47,969 nt of DNA, taken from contig JAIRMT010000013.1 of NCBI GenBank assembly GCA_031258505.1, positions 1 through 47,969 on the forward strand. The letters are read 5' to 3'. The notes under the pieces are model-generated. The model worked only from the letters and a program-made list of their open reading frames with translations. It did not search any database and had not been told where the DNA came from. Shown here piece after piece: positions 19,313 through 28,357 of the stretch. How positions within the stretch are numbered: position 1 is the first letter of the stretch; every line of letters begins with the position of its first letter. The DNA is from Treponema sp. GTDB taxonomy: Bacteria > Spirochaetota > Spirochaetia > Treponematales > Breznakiellaceae. Both the position numbers and the translations under genes were made by a program.

Positions 19313-20296
19313 ATGTTAATCTTGAAAGAAGACGAAGCGCGCCTCGTTGAGGACATTCAGACGTATCTTGATAGCGCCTATCCCGAAGAAAGCAAGGTGG
19401 TACGGGACCGCTTCCGCTGTCTACAACAGTTGGGTGAGGCGATTAGCCAGTATCCATCAATACACTCAACCCAGATTCTGCGCGGGTCGCTACGCACTGA
19501 GGAAGACCTCGTGGACTCACTTTTACATTTTGGACCATCATCTCACCTTCTGCACATTCCGGCGCGGGTCGTAGCGGTGCGCGGCTTTCTCGTTACCAAG
19601 TTCCAGTCTTTTTCCATGCTGGCAATACTGGTAGAGGACATACAGGCATTCTCGGTACCTCTGCGAAGCATACTCTTTTCTATTATATGCACACTTCTGG
19701 CGGAGGACGTGTACTTCTCCTGCCTTGAAGACCCGGATTTTTCCTTCGACACCAAGTTCATACTCGCGCAAGACCTCATCGCGCTCTGGGACAATGGCAA
19801 AGACTTGCGTTCCGTTCACCATTTTCCCGCGCTTCAAGCGCTCTGGGTCGCCCGTGACGCTACGCCGCCGGTGTTCGGTACCATGAATGGCACAAGCGAA
19901 CTTATCCGCATTTCAATGGATATGAAGAAGGACTGGCAGCACTTTCTGGTTGAAGAAAGCGTTGAGGACGAGACTCAGTGGGCGCTGGAGGAGTTTTTGT
20001 TCGGTCTTTCCTACGAGGAGATCAATAGTGTACGGACATGGCTGGAACGTTTCGGCCTTTCCGCCGTCAGTGGCGAGGAAGTACGTTCATACATCGGGCA
20101 GAGTAGCTACGGCATCATCAAAGGCGCAGGGCCACGCGCCTTCTACGATTTTTACATTGACCGGCGCGACGCAGCGCTGTTCCGCAGGCGCATCTCCGCA
20201 CCCGGTCCCAAACAGACGTTGGAGGAAATCTACCTTAAATACCGTATCAGCTTTGAGTTGAGCGGTTGCCCCGGTATGATCGAGGAGGACGACTGA
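19313..20296 (+). CDS. Hypothetical protein
   Basis: Long ORF. I prefer the ATG at 19313 (MLILKEDEARL) over the upstream TTG at 19160, which lies in AT-rich promoter-like DNA. No motif recognised. Its stop overlaps the next gene's ATG. Confidence 0.7.
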   Translation: MLILKEDEARLVEDIQTYLDSAYPEESKVVRDRFRCLQQLGEAISQYPSIHSTQILRGSLRTEEDLVDSLLHFGPSSHLLHIPARVVAVRGFLVTKFQSFSMLAILVEDIQAFSVPLRSILFSIICTLLAEDVYFSCLEDPDFSFDTKFILAQDLIALWDNGKDLRSVHHFPALQALWVARDATPPVFGTMNGTSELIRISMDMKKDWQHFLVEESVEDETQWALEEFLFGLSYEEINSVRTWLERFGLSAVSGEEVRSYIGQSSYGIIKGAGPRAFYDFYIDRRDAALFRRRISAPGPKQTLEEIYLKYRISFELSGCPGMIEEDD

Positions 20297-20784
20297 TGAG
20301 CGACGTTTATAAGCGCCCCACTTGGGACGAATACTTTATGGAAGTGTGCAACGCCATTGCCAAGCGCGCAACTTGTGACCGCGGGCGTTCTGGCTGCGTC
20401 ATAGCCAAAGACAACCAGATTCTGGTTACCGGCTATGTTGGCGCGCCGGCTGGCCTGCCGCACTGCGACGAGGTAGGCCATCAGTTCAAGAAAATGCTCC
20501 ACGAAGACGGCAGTGTTACCACGCACTGTGTGCGGACGGTACACGCCGAGCAGAACGCGATCTGCCAGGCGGCAAAACGCGGCATTGCCATTGCCGGCGC
20601 GACACTCTACTGCCGCATGACGCCGTGCCGCACCTGCGCCATGCTCATCATCAACTGCGGCATCATGCGGGTCGTCTGCCAGCGCCGCTACCACGACGCC
20701 GACGACTCCGAGACAATATTCAAGGCTGCTGGCATCAGCCTTGAATACGTCTACAACGAAACCCAACAGTACGAGCAGCAGTAA
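20296..20784 (+). CDS. dCMP (deoxycytidylate) deaminase
   Basis: Zinc motifs HAEQNAI and PCRTCAMLI are present. The start at 20296 (MSDVYKRPTWDEYFM) is the typical family N-terminus. Confidence 0.9.
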   Translation: MSDVYKRPTWDEYFMEVCNAIAKRATCDRGRSGCVIAKDNQILVTGYVGAPAGLPHCDEVGHQFKKMLHEDGSVTTHCVRTVHAEQNAICQAAKRGIAIAGATLYCRMTPCRTCAMLIINCGIMRVVCQRRYHDADDSETIFKAAGISLEYVYNETQQYEQQ

Positions 20785-20832
20785 GACTCCGCTACTATTG
20801 GCGTACAGAGAGTAATTACCCAGTCCAGATGC

Positions 20833-20875
20833 TTGACATTGATAAACATTAGTTATACTAAAAGTTTAATATAAT
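20833..20875 (+). promoter_or_regulatory. Putative sigma70-type promoter region for the NifX-like gene
   Basis: TTGACA at 20833-20838, TATACT/TACTAA 15-17 nt downstream, and a perfect TATAAT at 20870-20875. AAGGAG SD at 20886-20891. Confidence 0.4.
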
Positions 20876-20897
20876 TTATTCGATTAAGGAGTCGCTT

Positions 20898-21248
20898 ATG
20901 GCTTGGCGAGTTGCATTCACGAGCGCCGACGATGTTTATGTGAACCAGCATTTTGGACACGCCCGTTACTTCGTCATCAGGGATATAGAGGCTGATGGTA
21001 CGAGTAGCTTTTTGGAACGACGGGAGATTACACCAGTCTGCGGAAGCGGCGATCACGGCGCTGGGGTGCTAGACGATGTGATCGAGAGCCTGCACGATTG
21101 TATCGCGGTACTTACCGCAAAGATTGGTCCCGCACCCCGCAAACGGTTGGAATTGGCGGGTATCACGGTTTTCGAGGAACCAGCTATCATTGAGGAGGCG
21201 GCGAGGAAACTGGCGGCTTACTATAGCCGGACAAAGCGAGAGGAGTAG
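20898..21248 (+). CDS. NifX/NifB-C-terminal-domain family protein (Fe-S/FeMo-cofactor-binding family)
   Basis: 116 aa. It shows the family signature VNQHFGHARYFVIRDIE at the N-terminus and the small alpha/beta size typical of NifX/NafY/NifB-C domains. Confidence 0.75.
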   Translation: MAWRVAFTSADDVYVNQHFGHARYFVIRDIEADGTSSFLERREITPVCGSGDHGAGVLDDVIESLHDCIAVLTAKIGPAPRKRLELAGITVFEEPAIIEEAARKLAAYYSRTKREE

Positions 21249-21745
21249 CCATTAAAACGGTGGTTCAGCGACCACAACCAGACCCTGAGCTTATCGAAGG
21301 GGCAGTCGTTTCAAGTGGCTCAAGAATTTCTTATAAAAAACCTTAAAATCCATTGACACTCTATGTTTTACAAGATATATTCTTAGTAAATCAGTGGGTA
21401 TTATAAATAAAGGAGTTTTTATGTCGGAACTAAGCATAAGCGCCGCGCCAAAGGGCCTAAGCGTTGACAAAGACTTGACGCTGTCTATCCATTTTGACTG
21501 GCGCACTTTGATCCCACTCGCCTCGGTCGCTTTTACGCAGGTACTTCGGTATACCGCGTTGCCAGTGGCATCAGCATACCGTACCAAGGTTTCGCCATGG
21601 TTCATCTGGTTCAACATCGCTGCCGGAGTACTGGTAATACTTGCGGTTCGGGAGCGCTTCACGTATAAATCGTGGTTTCTGGGGGTAGCGTTTTTTCTGC
21701 TCAACTTGTATAACCTCATCACCGTAAAGTTCGGCCTGATTCCCA
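21176..21745 (+). repeat. Copy A of a dispersed direct repeat (NifX-like 3' end, operator, promoter, SD and permease 5' end)
   Basis: It aligns by eye with 28121-28545 (copy B) and, from 21311 on, with 40377-40834 (copy C). Confidence 0.85.
21321..21381 (+). promoter_or_regulatory. Imperfect 24-bp AT-rich palindrome plus sigma70-like promoter (copy A)
   Basis: CAAGAATTTCTTATAAAAAACCTT at 21321-21344. TTGACA at 21353-21358, a 17-nt spacer, and TATATT at 21376-21381. Confidence 0.55.
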
Positions 21746-21780
21746 TACAGCAGAGGGCAGATTGGTCTGCCGTTATTTGA
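21421..21780 (+). pseudogene. 5' fragment of the NitT/TauT-type permease gene (about the first 108 codons of 40486..41502, then a divergent tail). The ORF is still open.
   Basis: MSELSISAAPKGLSVDKD... parallels MSELSISTASNGLSVGKD... of the full-length gene. Homology ends near 21745 and the stop is at 21778-21780. Confidence 0.7.
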
Positions 21781-21794
21781 ATTAAGAGGAGAAT

Positions 21795-22940
21795 ATGACG
21801 AAAAAGACAAATCGGGACCCGATTAGAGTTCAGCCGGGACCTGCCAACTACTATTCTTATCCTGGTGCCCTGGAGGAACTGGGACGGCTCTACCCGGGAA
21901 AAAACATGGAAAGGGCATTCCTACTGTACGGAAAGCGGGCTTTGGCGGGGGCCGCACCCTATCTGCCTCTAGCCGTCAGCCGGCTGGTGGGTTCCCGAGG
22001 CTTCCTCTTTGGAGGTGAGGACAGGCGCTTTAATACCGGCAGGCCGTTTAATACGACCCACTGTAGCCATGAGCTGGTGGACGCCCTATCCACCAGTCTG
22101 GGACCAGACGGGGTAAGCGTAATCATCGGGTTGGGGGGCGGTTCGGTACTGGATACGGCAAAGTCCCTAGCGGTAAAGCTCGATCTTCCCTTTGTGGCGA
22201 TTCCTACCATAGCGGCCACCTGCGCTGCGGCCACTCCCCTTTCGGTGTGGTACAGCCTGGAGGGTAAGGCCCTGGGCTTCGAGGTCTTTAACCGGGCTGT
22301 TGACGCAGTACTTGTTGAGCCCCGAATCATCCTTGATGCCCCCGCTGAGTATCTCAAAGCGGGGATCGCCGACACTTTGGCCAAGTGGTACGAAGCTTCG
22401 ATACTTACCGCAGGAGGCGAGGGCCTGCCACTGAGCGCCCGGCTGGGCCTCGATGTATCGGCCACCCTGAAGGATGTGCTGCTGGAAAAGGGGAAAGCCG
22501 CAAAAACCGCCCTGCAAACCCGTACCCTAAGCCCGGAATTTATCGAGGTAGTAGACACTGTCATCATTGGCGGGAGTCTCGTGGGCGGTCTGGGGGAAAG
22601 GTACACCCGGGTTGCGGCTGCCCATGCCCTCCACAACGGTATTTCCGTATTAAGCGAAACCCATCATCTGCTCCACGGCATCAAGGTGGCATACGGCCTG
22701 CTTGTGCAGGCGGCTCTGATGGAAGACGGTTCCCTTGACGAGCTGATTCCCAAATTCCGGGAACTGGAACTGCCCCTCAGCCTGCGGGATCTGGGCATCG
22801 ATCCTGAGGACAAAGAAAAACTGCGGCGTTTTATCGACGCGAGTCTTGTTCCGTCAGAATCAATACACTATCTTCCCTTTCCCGTAGACCATGAGCGTCT
22901 CCTCCGGGCGATTGAGGCTGTAGAAAACCTGAGCTGTTAA
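21795..22940 (+). CDS. Iron-containing alcohol dehydrogenase / glycerol-dehydrogenase-family oxidoreductase
   Basis: 381 aa with the nucleotide-binding motif IGLGGGSVLDTAKSLA and a histidine-rich metal site (HALHNG...HLLHG). Confidence 0.8.
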   Translation: MTKKTNRDPIRVQPGPANYYSYPGALEELGRLYPGKNMERAFLLYGKRALAGAAPYLPLAVSRLVGSRGFLFGGEDRRFNTGRPFNTTHCSHELVDALSTSLGPDGVSVIIGLGGGSVLDTAKSLAVKLDLPFVAIPTIAATCAAATPLSVWYSLEGKALGFEVFNRAVDAVLVEPRIILDAPAEYLKAGIADTLAKWYEASILTAGGEGLPLSARLGLDVSATLKDVLLEKGKAAKTALQTRTLSPEFIEVVDTVIIGGSLVGGLGERYTRVAAAHALHNGISVLSETHHLLHGIKVAYGLLVQAALMEDGSLDELIPKFRELELPLSLRDLGIDPEDKEKLRRFIDASLVPSESIHYLPFPVDHERLLRAIEAVENLSC

Positions 22941-23071
22941 AATCCCCGATTGGAGTTTTACCGTAAAAACCGGGAACGTTGTTTCCGATTTAGCCGGAGT
23001 TGATTCGCTACGAAGGATTCCGGCTTATAAAATCACGAGTGTACGGCGGGAGTCGTACAAAGGAGTTTGTT

Positions 23072-23899
23072 ATGAAAAAAAGCGTGTTTATTCTGTTGGC
23101 GATTTTCGCGGCCTGCGTCGGCGCTTACGCGGGAGGTACACGGCAGAGCAGCGGGCAGACGGTGGTAAAGATCGGCCTTATGGGTGAGGAACTGCGTCCC
23201 GCGTGGAACGAGGCGAGCCGGTTGCTGGAGAAGGACAACATCAAGATTGAACTGGTTAATTTCAGCGATTACGCGGTTCCCAACCGGGCATTGGCTGATG
23301 GGGACATCGATCTCAATTCGTTTCAGCACGACGCGTTTTTGCAGAACGAAATCGCGAACCAGAAATACGAAATTACCGCCATCGGCAACACGGTTATCTT
23401 TTTTCTGGGGGTATACTCCAAGAAGATCAAGAATCTTGATGAACTTAAAGACGGCGATACTGTGGTGATTATGAACGACGCCACAAACGGAGGCCGGGCG
23501 CTAAAGGTGCTTGAGGCGGCCGGGGTCTTCTCGCTGGACCCTTCCAAGGGTAATACGCCTACGCCGCAGGACATCGTATCCAATCCCAAAAATATCAAGA
23601 TTGTTGAGGTTGACGCGTCCCAGACTTGGCGTACCCTTGACGATCCGGTAGTAGCGGCGGCAGTGGTAAACTCCAACTTTGTGGTAGATGGCGGCGGAGT
23701 GCCTGCCCAGGATGCCATATTCATCAAACCTATTGATCAAGTTGGCGACAAGCCTTACATTAACCTTGTAGCCGCCCGTATCAAAGACAAGGACAATCCA
23801 GTCTACAGAAAAGTGGTTGCTGCTTTCCAGACGCCGGAGGTTTCCCGGGTAATAACCGACGAAGCGCCCCTTAAGGGGACAGCCCTGCCAGCCTGGTAA
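23072..23899 (+). CDS. metQ: Methionine ABC transporter substrate-binding lipoprotein (NlpA/MetQ family)
   Basis: Start at 23072 (MKKSVFILLAIFAACVG) with AAGGAG SD. It has a lipobox-like FAAC and NlpA-family motifs (DIDLNSFQH, NDATNGGRAL). Confidence 0.88.
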   Translation: MKKSVFILLAIFAACVGAYAGGTRQSSGQTVVKIGLMGEELRPAWNEASRLLEKDNIKIELVNFSDYAVPNRALADGDIDLNSFQHDAFLQNEIANQKYEITAIGNTVIFFLGVYSKKIKNLDELKDGDTVVIMNDATNGGRALKVLEAAGVFSLDPSKGNTPTPQDIVSNPKNIKIVEVDASQTWRTLDDPVVAAAVVNSNFVVDGGGVPAQDAIFIKPIDQVGDKPYINLVAARIKDKDNPVYRKVVAAFQTPEVSRVITDEAPLKGTALPAW

Positions 23900-23907
23900 A
23901 TAAGAAA

Positions 23908-23989
23908 TTAACCACGAAGGCAAAAAGTCCAAGAAGGAAGGAAACCCAAAGATTTCATCCTTTTTTACCTTCTGCGCCTTTGTGGTTAA
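23908..23989 (+). terminator. Long structured element or possible terminator after metQ
   Basis: TTAACCACGAAGGC (23908-23921) pairs with GCCTTTGTGGTTAA (23976-23989), with one G-U pair. It encloses a 54-nt loop and is followed by AAAAAATTCTTTATT. Confidence 0.3.
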
Positions 23990-24078
23990 AAAATTCTTTA
24001 TTCCGTGTCCTGTAAATCAGTGTTTACAAGGTACGAGACCCCACTGTGAATGAAATATGAAACTTGTACGGAGGAGTT

Positions 24079-25128
24079 ATGAGATTAGCTGATGAACTGC
24101 GGACGGCAGCCGAAGAATACCGGGCGTGGATAAAAAAATTTCTTGACATCGGTACGGAGATTGTGTACCTGTCCCAGGACCACGTGAAAAGCATACCGGT
24201 AACGCCCCATGAAATACGATCCCTGGTGGAAAAAGCCCTTGTTGCGTACAGCGCGAAACAGGTAGACATGCCGCCGAAGATCGCCCTGCATCCGATTAAG
24301 GATACGTTTTTTCACGCGATGCCCGCCTATGTGCCCAGCGAATTCGCCGCAGGCCTTAAATGGGGTTCCTGTTATCCTGAAAACCTTAAAACCTACGGCT
24401 ATCCTCAGGCCCAGGGGCTTATCATCTATAACGATCATCTTTCGGGAATGCCTCTGGCCGTTATGGACTGCAAGTACGTTACCGAAATCCGTACTGCCGC
24501 CGTTACCTACACGGCGGCCAAATACCTTGCCTCCAAAGAAACCGAAACCGCGGGAATGATCGGCTGCGGCGTTGAGGGAAGGCAGCATGTCAAAAACCTC
24601 GAAACCGTTCTGCCCAACTTAAAAAAAATCTACGTGTACGATATTGTTGAAAAAGCGGCCGACGCGTTGATAGCAGATCTGCAGCCCTCCGTTAAAGCGG
24701 CGATTGTCAAGGCTTCCGGCTATGAAGAACTGGTAAAAAATTCCGGGGTGATTATATCGGCAACCGTCGCTGCGGAAGGCTACAACCCTGTTATCAAAGA
24801 TCAATGGATCGGCAAGGGAAAAACAATCCTCCTCTGCGAAGGACACACATTGTACGAAGACGCCGTTTACAAGCGCGCCGACAAGTACGTCGTAGACAGC
24901 CGCGAACAGGTTGAACAGTTTGTTCAGTACGGATTCTATCCGTTCGGGCATCCTGAAATTTACGCGGAAACGGGAGAAATAGCAGCTGGAAACGCCAAAG
25001 GCAGGGAACGTCCCGATGAGCTTATCGTGGGCAATAACTTCGGAATGGCCGTCGAAGATATGTTCGTCGTCAGGGCTTTGTTTGACCGCGCCCTTGAAAA
25101 GAACATCGGCGTAAGGCTGCCGCTTTAA
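24079..25128 (+). CDS. Ornithine cyclodeaminase / mu-crystallin family NAD(P)-dependent enzyme
   Basis: Start at 24079 with GGAGG SD. It has a Rossmann motif (MIGCGVEGRQH) and a family-typical length of about 350 aa. Confidence 0.75.
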   Translation: MRLADELRTAAEEYRAWIKKFLDIGTEIVYLSQDHVKSIPVTPHEIRSLVEKALVAYSAKQVDMPPKIALHPIKDTFFHAMPAYVPSEFAAGLKWGSCYPENLKTYGYPQAQGLIIYNDHLSGMPLAVMDCKYVTEIRTAAVTYTAAKYLASKETETAGMIGCGVEGRQHVKNLETVLPNLKKIYVYDIVEKAADALIADLQPSVKAAIVKASGYEELVKNSGVIISATVAAEGYNPVIKDQWIGKGKTILLCEGHTLYEDAVYKRADKYVVDSREQVEQFVQYGFYPFGHPEIYAETGEIAAGNAKGRERPDELIVGNNFGMAVEDMFVVRALFDRALEKNIGVRLPL

Positions 25129-25132
25129 CCTT

Positions 25133-26212
25133 ATGATTGAACTAAAAAACATCACAAAAACTTTTCGGGGAAAAGGTTCGTTTGAAAACCGTCTCCACGA
25201 TATACACGCCGTGCGGAATGTAAGCCTTTCCGTCGGGGAGGGAGACATCTTCGGGGTTATCGGCTTTTCCGGGGCGGGAAAGAGTACCCTTGTGCGCTGT
25301 ATCAACCTGCTGGAACGACCCGATGAGGGCGAGGTTATCATAAACGGTGAAGACCTGATGAAGCTTTCCCGAAATGATCTCCGCCTTACCCGCAAAAAGA
25401 TTGGCATGGTATTCCAGCATTTCAACCTTTTCCGCTCCCGCACCGTGGCTGGAAACATCGCCTTTCCCATCAAGTATGACTGGCAGCCGGACGGGACCGC
25501 CGGGCGCCGCGCCTCGCGTCCAGCGGTCGAGAAGCGGGTAACTGAATTGCTTGACATGGTTGGACTTGTGGAAAAAACCAACGCCTACCCTTCCCAGCTT
25601 TCCGGGGGCCAGAAACAGCGAGTCGGCATTGCCCGGGCTTTGGCGTCCAACCCCTCAATCCTGCTCTGCGACGAGGCAACCAGCGCCCTTGACCCCCAGA
25701 CAGCCCAGTCCATCCTCGCCCTGCTCAAGGAACTCAACAGAAAGCTGGGCATTACTATTGTTATCATCACCCATGAGATGCAAGTGATAAAGTCTATCTG
25801 CGGTCATGCCGCAGTCATGGATTCGGGGGAAATTGTGGAGCAGGGTTCGGTATTCGACATTTTTTCCAATCCCCAAAAACAGATCACCCGGGATTTTACC
25901 GCTACTACTTCGCATCTGAACAAGATTAACGATCTACTTGCCGAAGATACGCCCCTCACCCGGCTTAGGTCGAATCAGATACTTGCCCGCTTCAGCTATT
26001 CAGGGCCAAACACGGTGGACGCGCTGATCTCCACCGCTTCGCTGCGCTTCAACGTAAAGCTGAACATCATCTTCGGAGACCTGGACATTATCCAGGAAAA
26101 GCCAATCGGGGGGCTTATCGTTATTCTTGAAGGAGAGAAAGATGCTCTGGAAAAAACCATGGAGTGGTTCCGTGGCAAAGGTGTTCTGGTGGAGGTACTG
26201 AAACATGGTTGA
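25133..26212 (+). CDS. metN: Methionine ABC transporter ATP-binding protein with C-terminal NIL domain
   Basis: Walker A GFSGAGKST, signature LSGGQKQR and Walker B ILLCDEATSALD are present. The C-terminal extension of about 100 aa is typical of MetN. Confidence 0.9.
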   Translation: MIELKNITKTFRGKGSFENRLHDIHAVRNVSLSVGEGDIFGVIGFSGAGKSTLVRCINLLERPDEGEVIINGEDLMKLSRNDLRLTRKKIGMVFQHFNLFRSRTVAGNIAFPIKYDWQPDGTAGRRASRPAVEKRVTELLDMVGLVEKTNAYPSQLSGGQKQRVGIARALASNPSILLCDEATSALDPQTAQSILALLKELNRKLGITIVIITHEMQVIKSICGHAAVMDSGEIVEQGSVFDIFSNPQKQITRDFTATTSHLNKINDLLAEDTPLTRLRSNQILARFSYSGPNTVDALISTASLRFNVKLNIIFGDLDIIQEKPIGGLIVILEGEKDALEKTMEWFRGKGVLVEVLKHG

Positions 26213-26885
26213 ATTACTAAAAATCCTTATGCCGAATGTAATGGAACGGCTTCCAGAACTCTGGACGAGCCTGGTCCAGAGTCTTTACCTGATCGTTTTT
26301 GTCGGAATCGTCTCATTTGTTTTTGGAATTTTTTTCGCGGTAGTGCTGACGGTAAGCAAAAAAGGCGGCCTTATGGAAAATATTCCTCTCTGGACTGTGC
26401 TGGACAAGCTGATAAACTTTTTCCGTTCCGTACCTTTCATCATCCTTATCGCCCTGCTTATTCCCCTGACGCGGGTCATAGCCGGAACCGCTATCGGGGT
26501 AAAAGGCGCCATTCCACCCCTGATATTTGGAACCGCGCCCTTTTTCAGCCGCCAACTGGAAAACGCCCTGGCTGAGGTGGATTCAGGATCAGTGGAGGCG
26601 GCTTCTTCCATGGGCATCAGCAACGTGGGGATCATCTTCCGGGTCTACCTTAAGGAAAGCATTCCCGGCATCATCCGGGGGATCACCATCACCCTGATAA
26701 GCCTTATCGGGCTTACCGCCATGGCTGGCGCAGTAGGCGGCGGAGGACTGGGAGATTTTGCCATACGCTACGGTTATCAGCGCTACCAGACCGACATCAC
26801 CATCGTAACTGTGATCATACTCATACTCCTAGTGTCGCTGATACAGGCGGCTGGGAATTATTTTGCCAAAAAAACAAGTCACTAG
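26205..26885 (+). CDS. metI: Methionine ABC transporter permease
   Basis: 226 aa, polytopic. It overlaps the metN end by 8 nt. Confidence 0.88.
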   Translation: MVELLKILMPNVMERLPELWTSLVQSLYLIVFVGIVSFVFGIFFAVVLTVSKKGGLMENIPLWTVLDKLINFFRSVPFIILIALLIPLTRVIAGTAIGVKGAIPPLIFGTAPFFSRQLENALAEVDSGSVEAASSMGISNVGIIFRVYLKESIPGIIRGITITLISLIGLTAMAGAVGGGGLGDFAIRYGYQRYQTDITIVTVIILILLVSLIQAAGNYFAKKTSH

Positions 26886-26921
26886 CATTGCTGCTAAACT
26901 TGATTAAGGGAGTTAAAGAAC

Positions 26922-28112
26922 ATGCCTGAAACAAGCCTCCGTACCGCCGGATTCGGTGAATCGGTAATACGTCGTATGACCCGCGTTGCCTTGGAACACG
27001 GGGCTATCAACCTTTCCCAGGGCTTCCCGGATTTCGATCCCCCGTCAGAGCTTACCCGCGCCCTGGCCGAAACAGCGACAAAGGGGCCGCACCAGTACGC
27101 CATAACCTGGGGCGCGCCGAATTTCCGCCGAGCATTGGCGGAAAAGCAGCAGCGCTACATGGGTATACCCATTGACCCGGAAAAGAACATCACTGTTACT
27201 TGCGGTTCCACAGAGGCGATGATGGCTGCCATGATGAGTGTGGCAAACCCCGGCGACAAGGTTATCGTGTTTTCCCCGTTTTATGAAAACTACGGCGCTG
27301 ACGCTATACTCTCTGGCGCGCAGCCGATCTACGTGCCTCTCCTCCCGCCTGATTTCGGTTTTGACCGGGACCTTCTGCGTAGGGCATTCGCGGAGCGTCC
27401 CAAGGCGCTGATCCTCTGCAACCCTTCCAACCCCAGCGGCAAGGTGTTCAGCCGGCCGGAGCTTGAGTACATCGCGGCACTGGCGGAAGAATTTGACACA
27501 TGGGTTATTACCGACGAGGTCTACGAACATATCGTGTACGCTGATGGGGCAGGCGGTTCCCCGGGACAGCATATCTACTTTGCCTCCCTGCCGGGCATGG
27601 CGGAGCGAACCATAAGCTGTTCCTCCCTTTCCAAGACCTACTCCATAACCGGCTGGCGCTTGGGCTACACTATCGCCAGCGAAAAAGCCACCGACATTAT
27701 CCGTAAAGTCCATGATTTTCTTACCGTTGGAGCTGCAGCCATCCTCATGGAAGCGGCGCTTACCGCCTTGCGTTTTCCGCAGAGTTACTACGATGGGCTT
27801 TTAGCCTCCTACACCAGTAAACGGAAGCTCTTCCTGGACGCACTAGACCGGGCGGGTCTCCGCTACACCCGTCCCCAGGGGGCCTACTATGTGCTGGTGG
27901 ACATCAGCGAGTTTTGCGGTAACGACGATACCCGTTTCTGCGAATGGTTGGCAAAAGAGGTAAAGGTCGCGGCGGTTCCGGGTTCCAGCTTCTTCCATGA
28001 ACCGGTAAACCATCTAATCCGTTTCCACTTCGCCAAGAAAGACGAGACCCTCATCGCTGCAGGAGAGCGGCTTGCCGGACTGCGGGACGCCTGGGCAAAG
28101 CGGGGGTATTAG
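26922..28112 (+). CDS. Class I PLP aminotransferase (YbdL / kynurenine-glutamine transaminase-like, possible methionine/2-oxoacid transaminase)
   Basis: 396 aa with N-terminal INLSQGFPDFDPP and the PLP lysine motif SLSKTYSITGWRLGY. Confidence 0.82.
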   Translation: MPETSLRTAGFGESVIRRMTRVALEHGAINLSQGFPDFDPPSELTRALAETATKGPHQYAITWGAPNFRRALAEKQQRYMGIPIDPEKNITVTCGSTEAMMAAMMSVANPGDKVIVFSPFYENYGADAILSGAQPIYVPLLPPDFGFDRDLLRRAFAERPKALILCNPSNPSGKVFSRPELEYIAALAEEFDTWVITDEVYEHIVYADGAGGSPGQHIYFASLPGMAERTISCSSLSKTYSITGWRLGYTIASEKATDIIRKVHDFLTVGAAAILMEAALTALRFPQSYYDGLLASYTSKRKLFLDALDRAGLRYTRPQGAYYVLVDISEFCGNDDTRFCEWLAKEVKVAAVPGSSFFHEPVNHLIRFHFAKKDETLIAAGERLAGLRDAWAKRGY

Positions 28113-28120
28113 CGGCAGAC

Positions 28121-28193
28121 GGAACCAGTAATCATTGAGGAGATGGTGTAGAAGCTGGCGGCTTACCATAGCCGGACGAAGCGTGAAGAGTAG
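28121..28193 (+). pseudogene. Remnant of the NifX-like gene 3' end
   Basis: ggaaccagtaatcattgaggag...gaagagtag parallels 21176-21248. It has an internal in-frame TAG and no start. Confidence 0.8.
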
Positions 28194-28257
28194 TCATTAA
28201 ACGGTGGTTCAGCAACTGGAACCTGAGCTTGCCGAAGGGTCAGTCGTTTCAAGCGGC

Positions 28258-28318
28258 TTAAGATTTTTTATAAAAAATCTTAAAATCTATTGACACTCCA
28301 TTTTTTATAATATATATT
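28258..28318 (+). promoter_or_regulatory. Perfect 26-bp palindrome plus sigma70-like promoter (copy B)
   Basis: TTAAGATTTTTTATAAAAAATCTTAA at 28258-28283. TTGACA at 28290-28295, a 17-nt spacer, and TATATT at 28313-28318. Confidence 0.55.
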
Positions 28319-28357
28319 CTTAGTAAATCAGTGGGTATTATAAGCGAAGGAGCTTTT

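Noticed and set aside
22941-23071. SAM, S-box or other sulfur riboswitches might lie in the leaders of metQ (22941-23071), the OCD-family gene (23900-24078) and the repeated promoter module.
   Set aside because: I could not find the conserved SAM-I, SAM-II or SAM-SAH core sequences by eye. The leader after the repeated promoter is only about 40 nt. A covariance-model scan (Rfam/Infernal) would be needed to exclude them formally.
25470-25530. MetN has a GC-rich segment encoding DWQPDGTAGRRASRPA that looks like an insertion relative to typical MetN proteins.
   Set aside because: This rests only on my memory of MetN sequences, and the frame and flanking motifs are intact. It cannot be distinguished from normal lineage-specific loop variation without an alignment.
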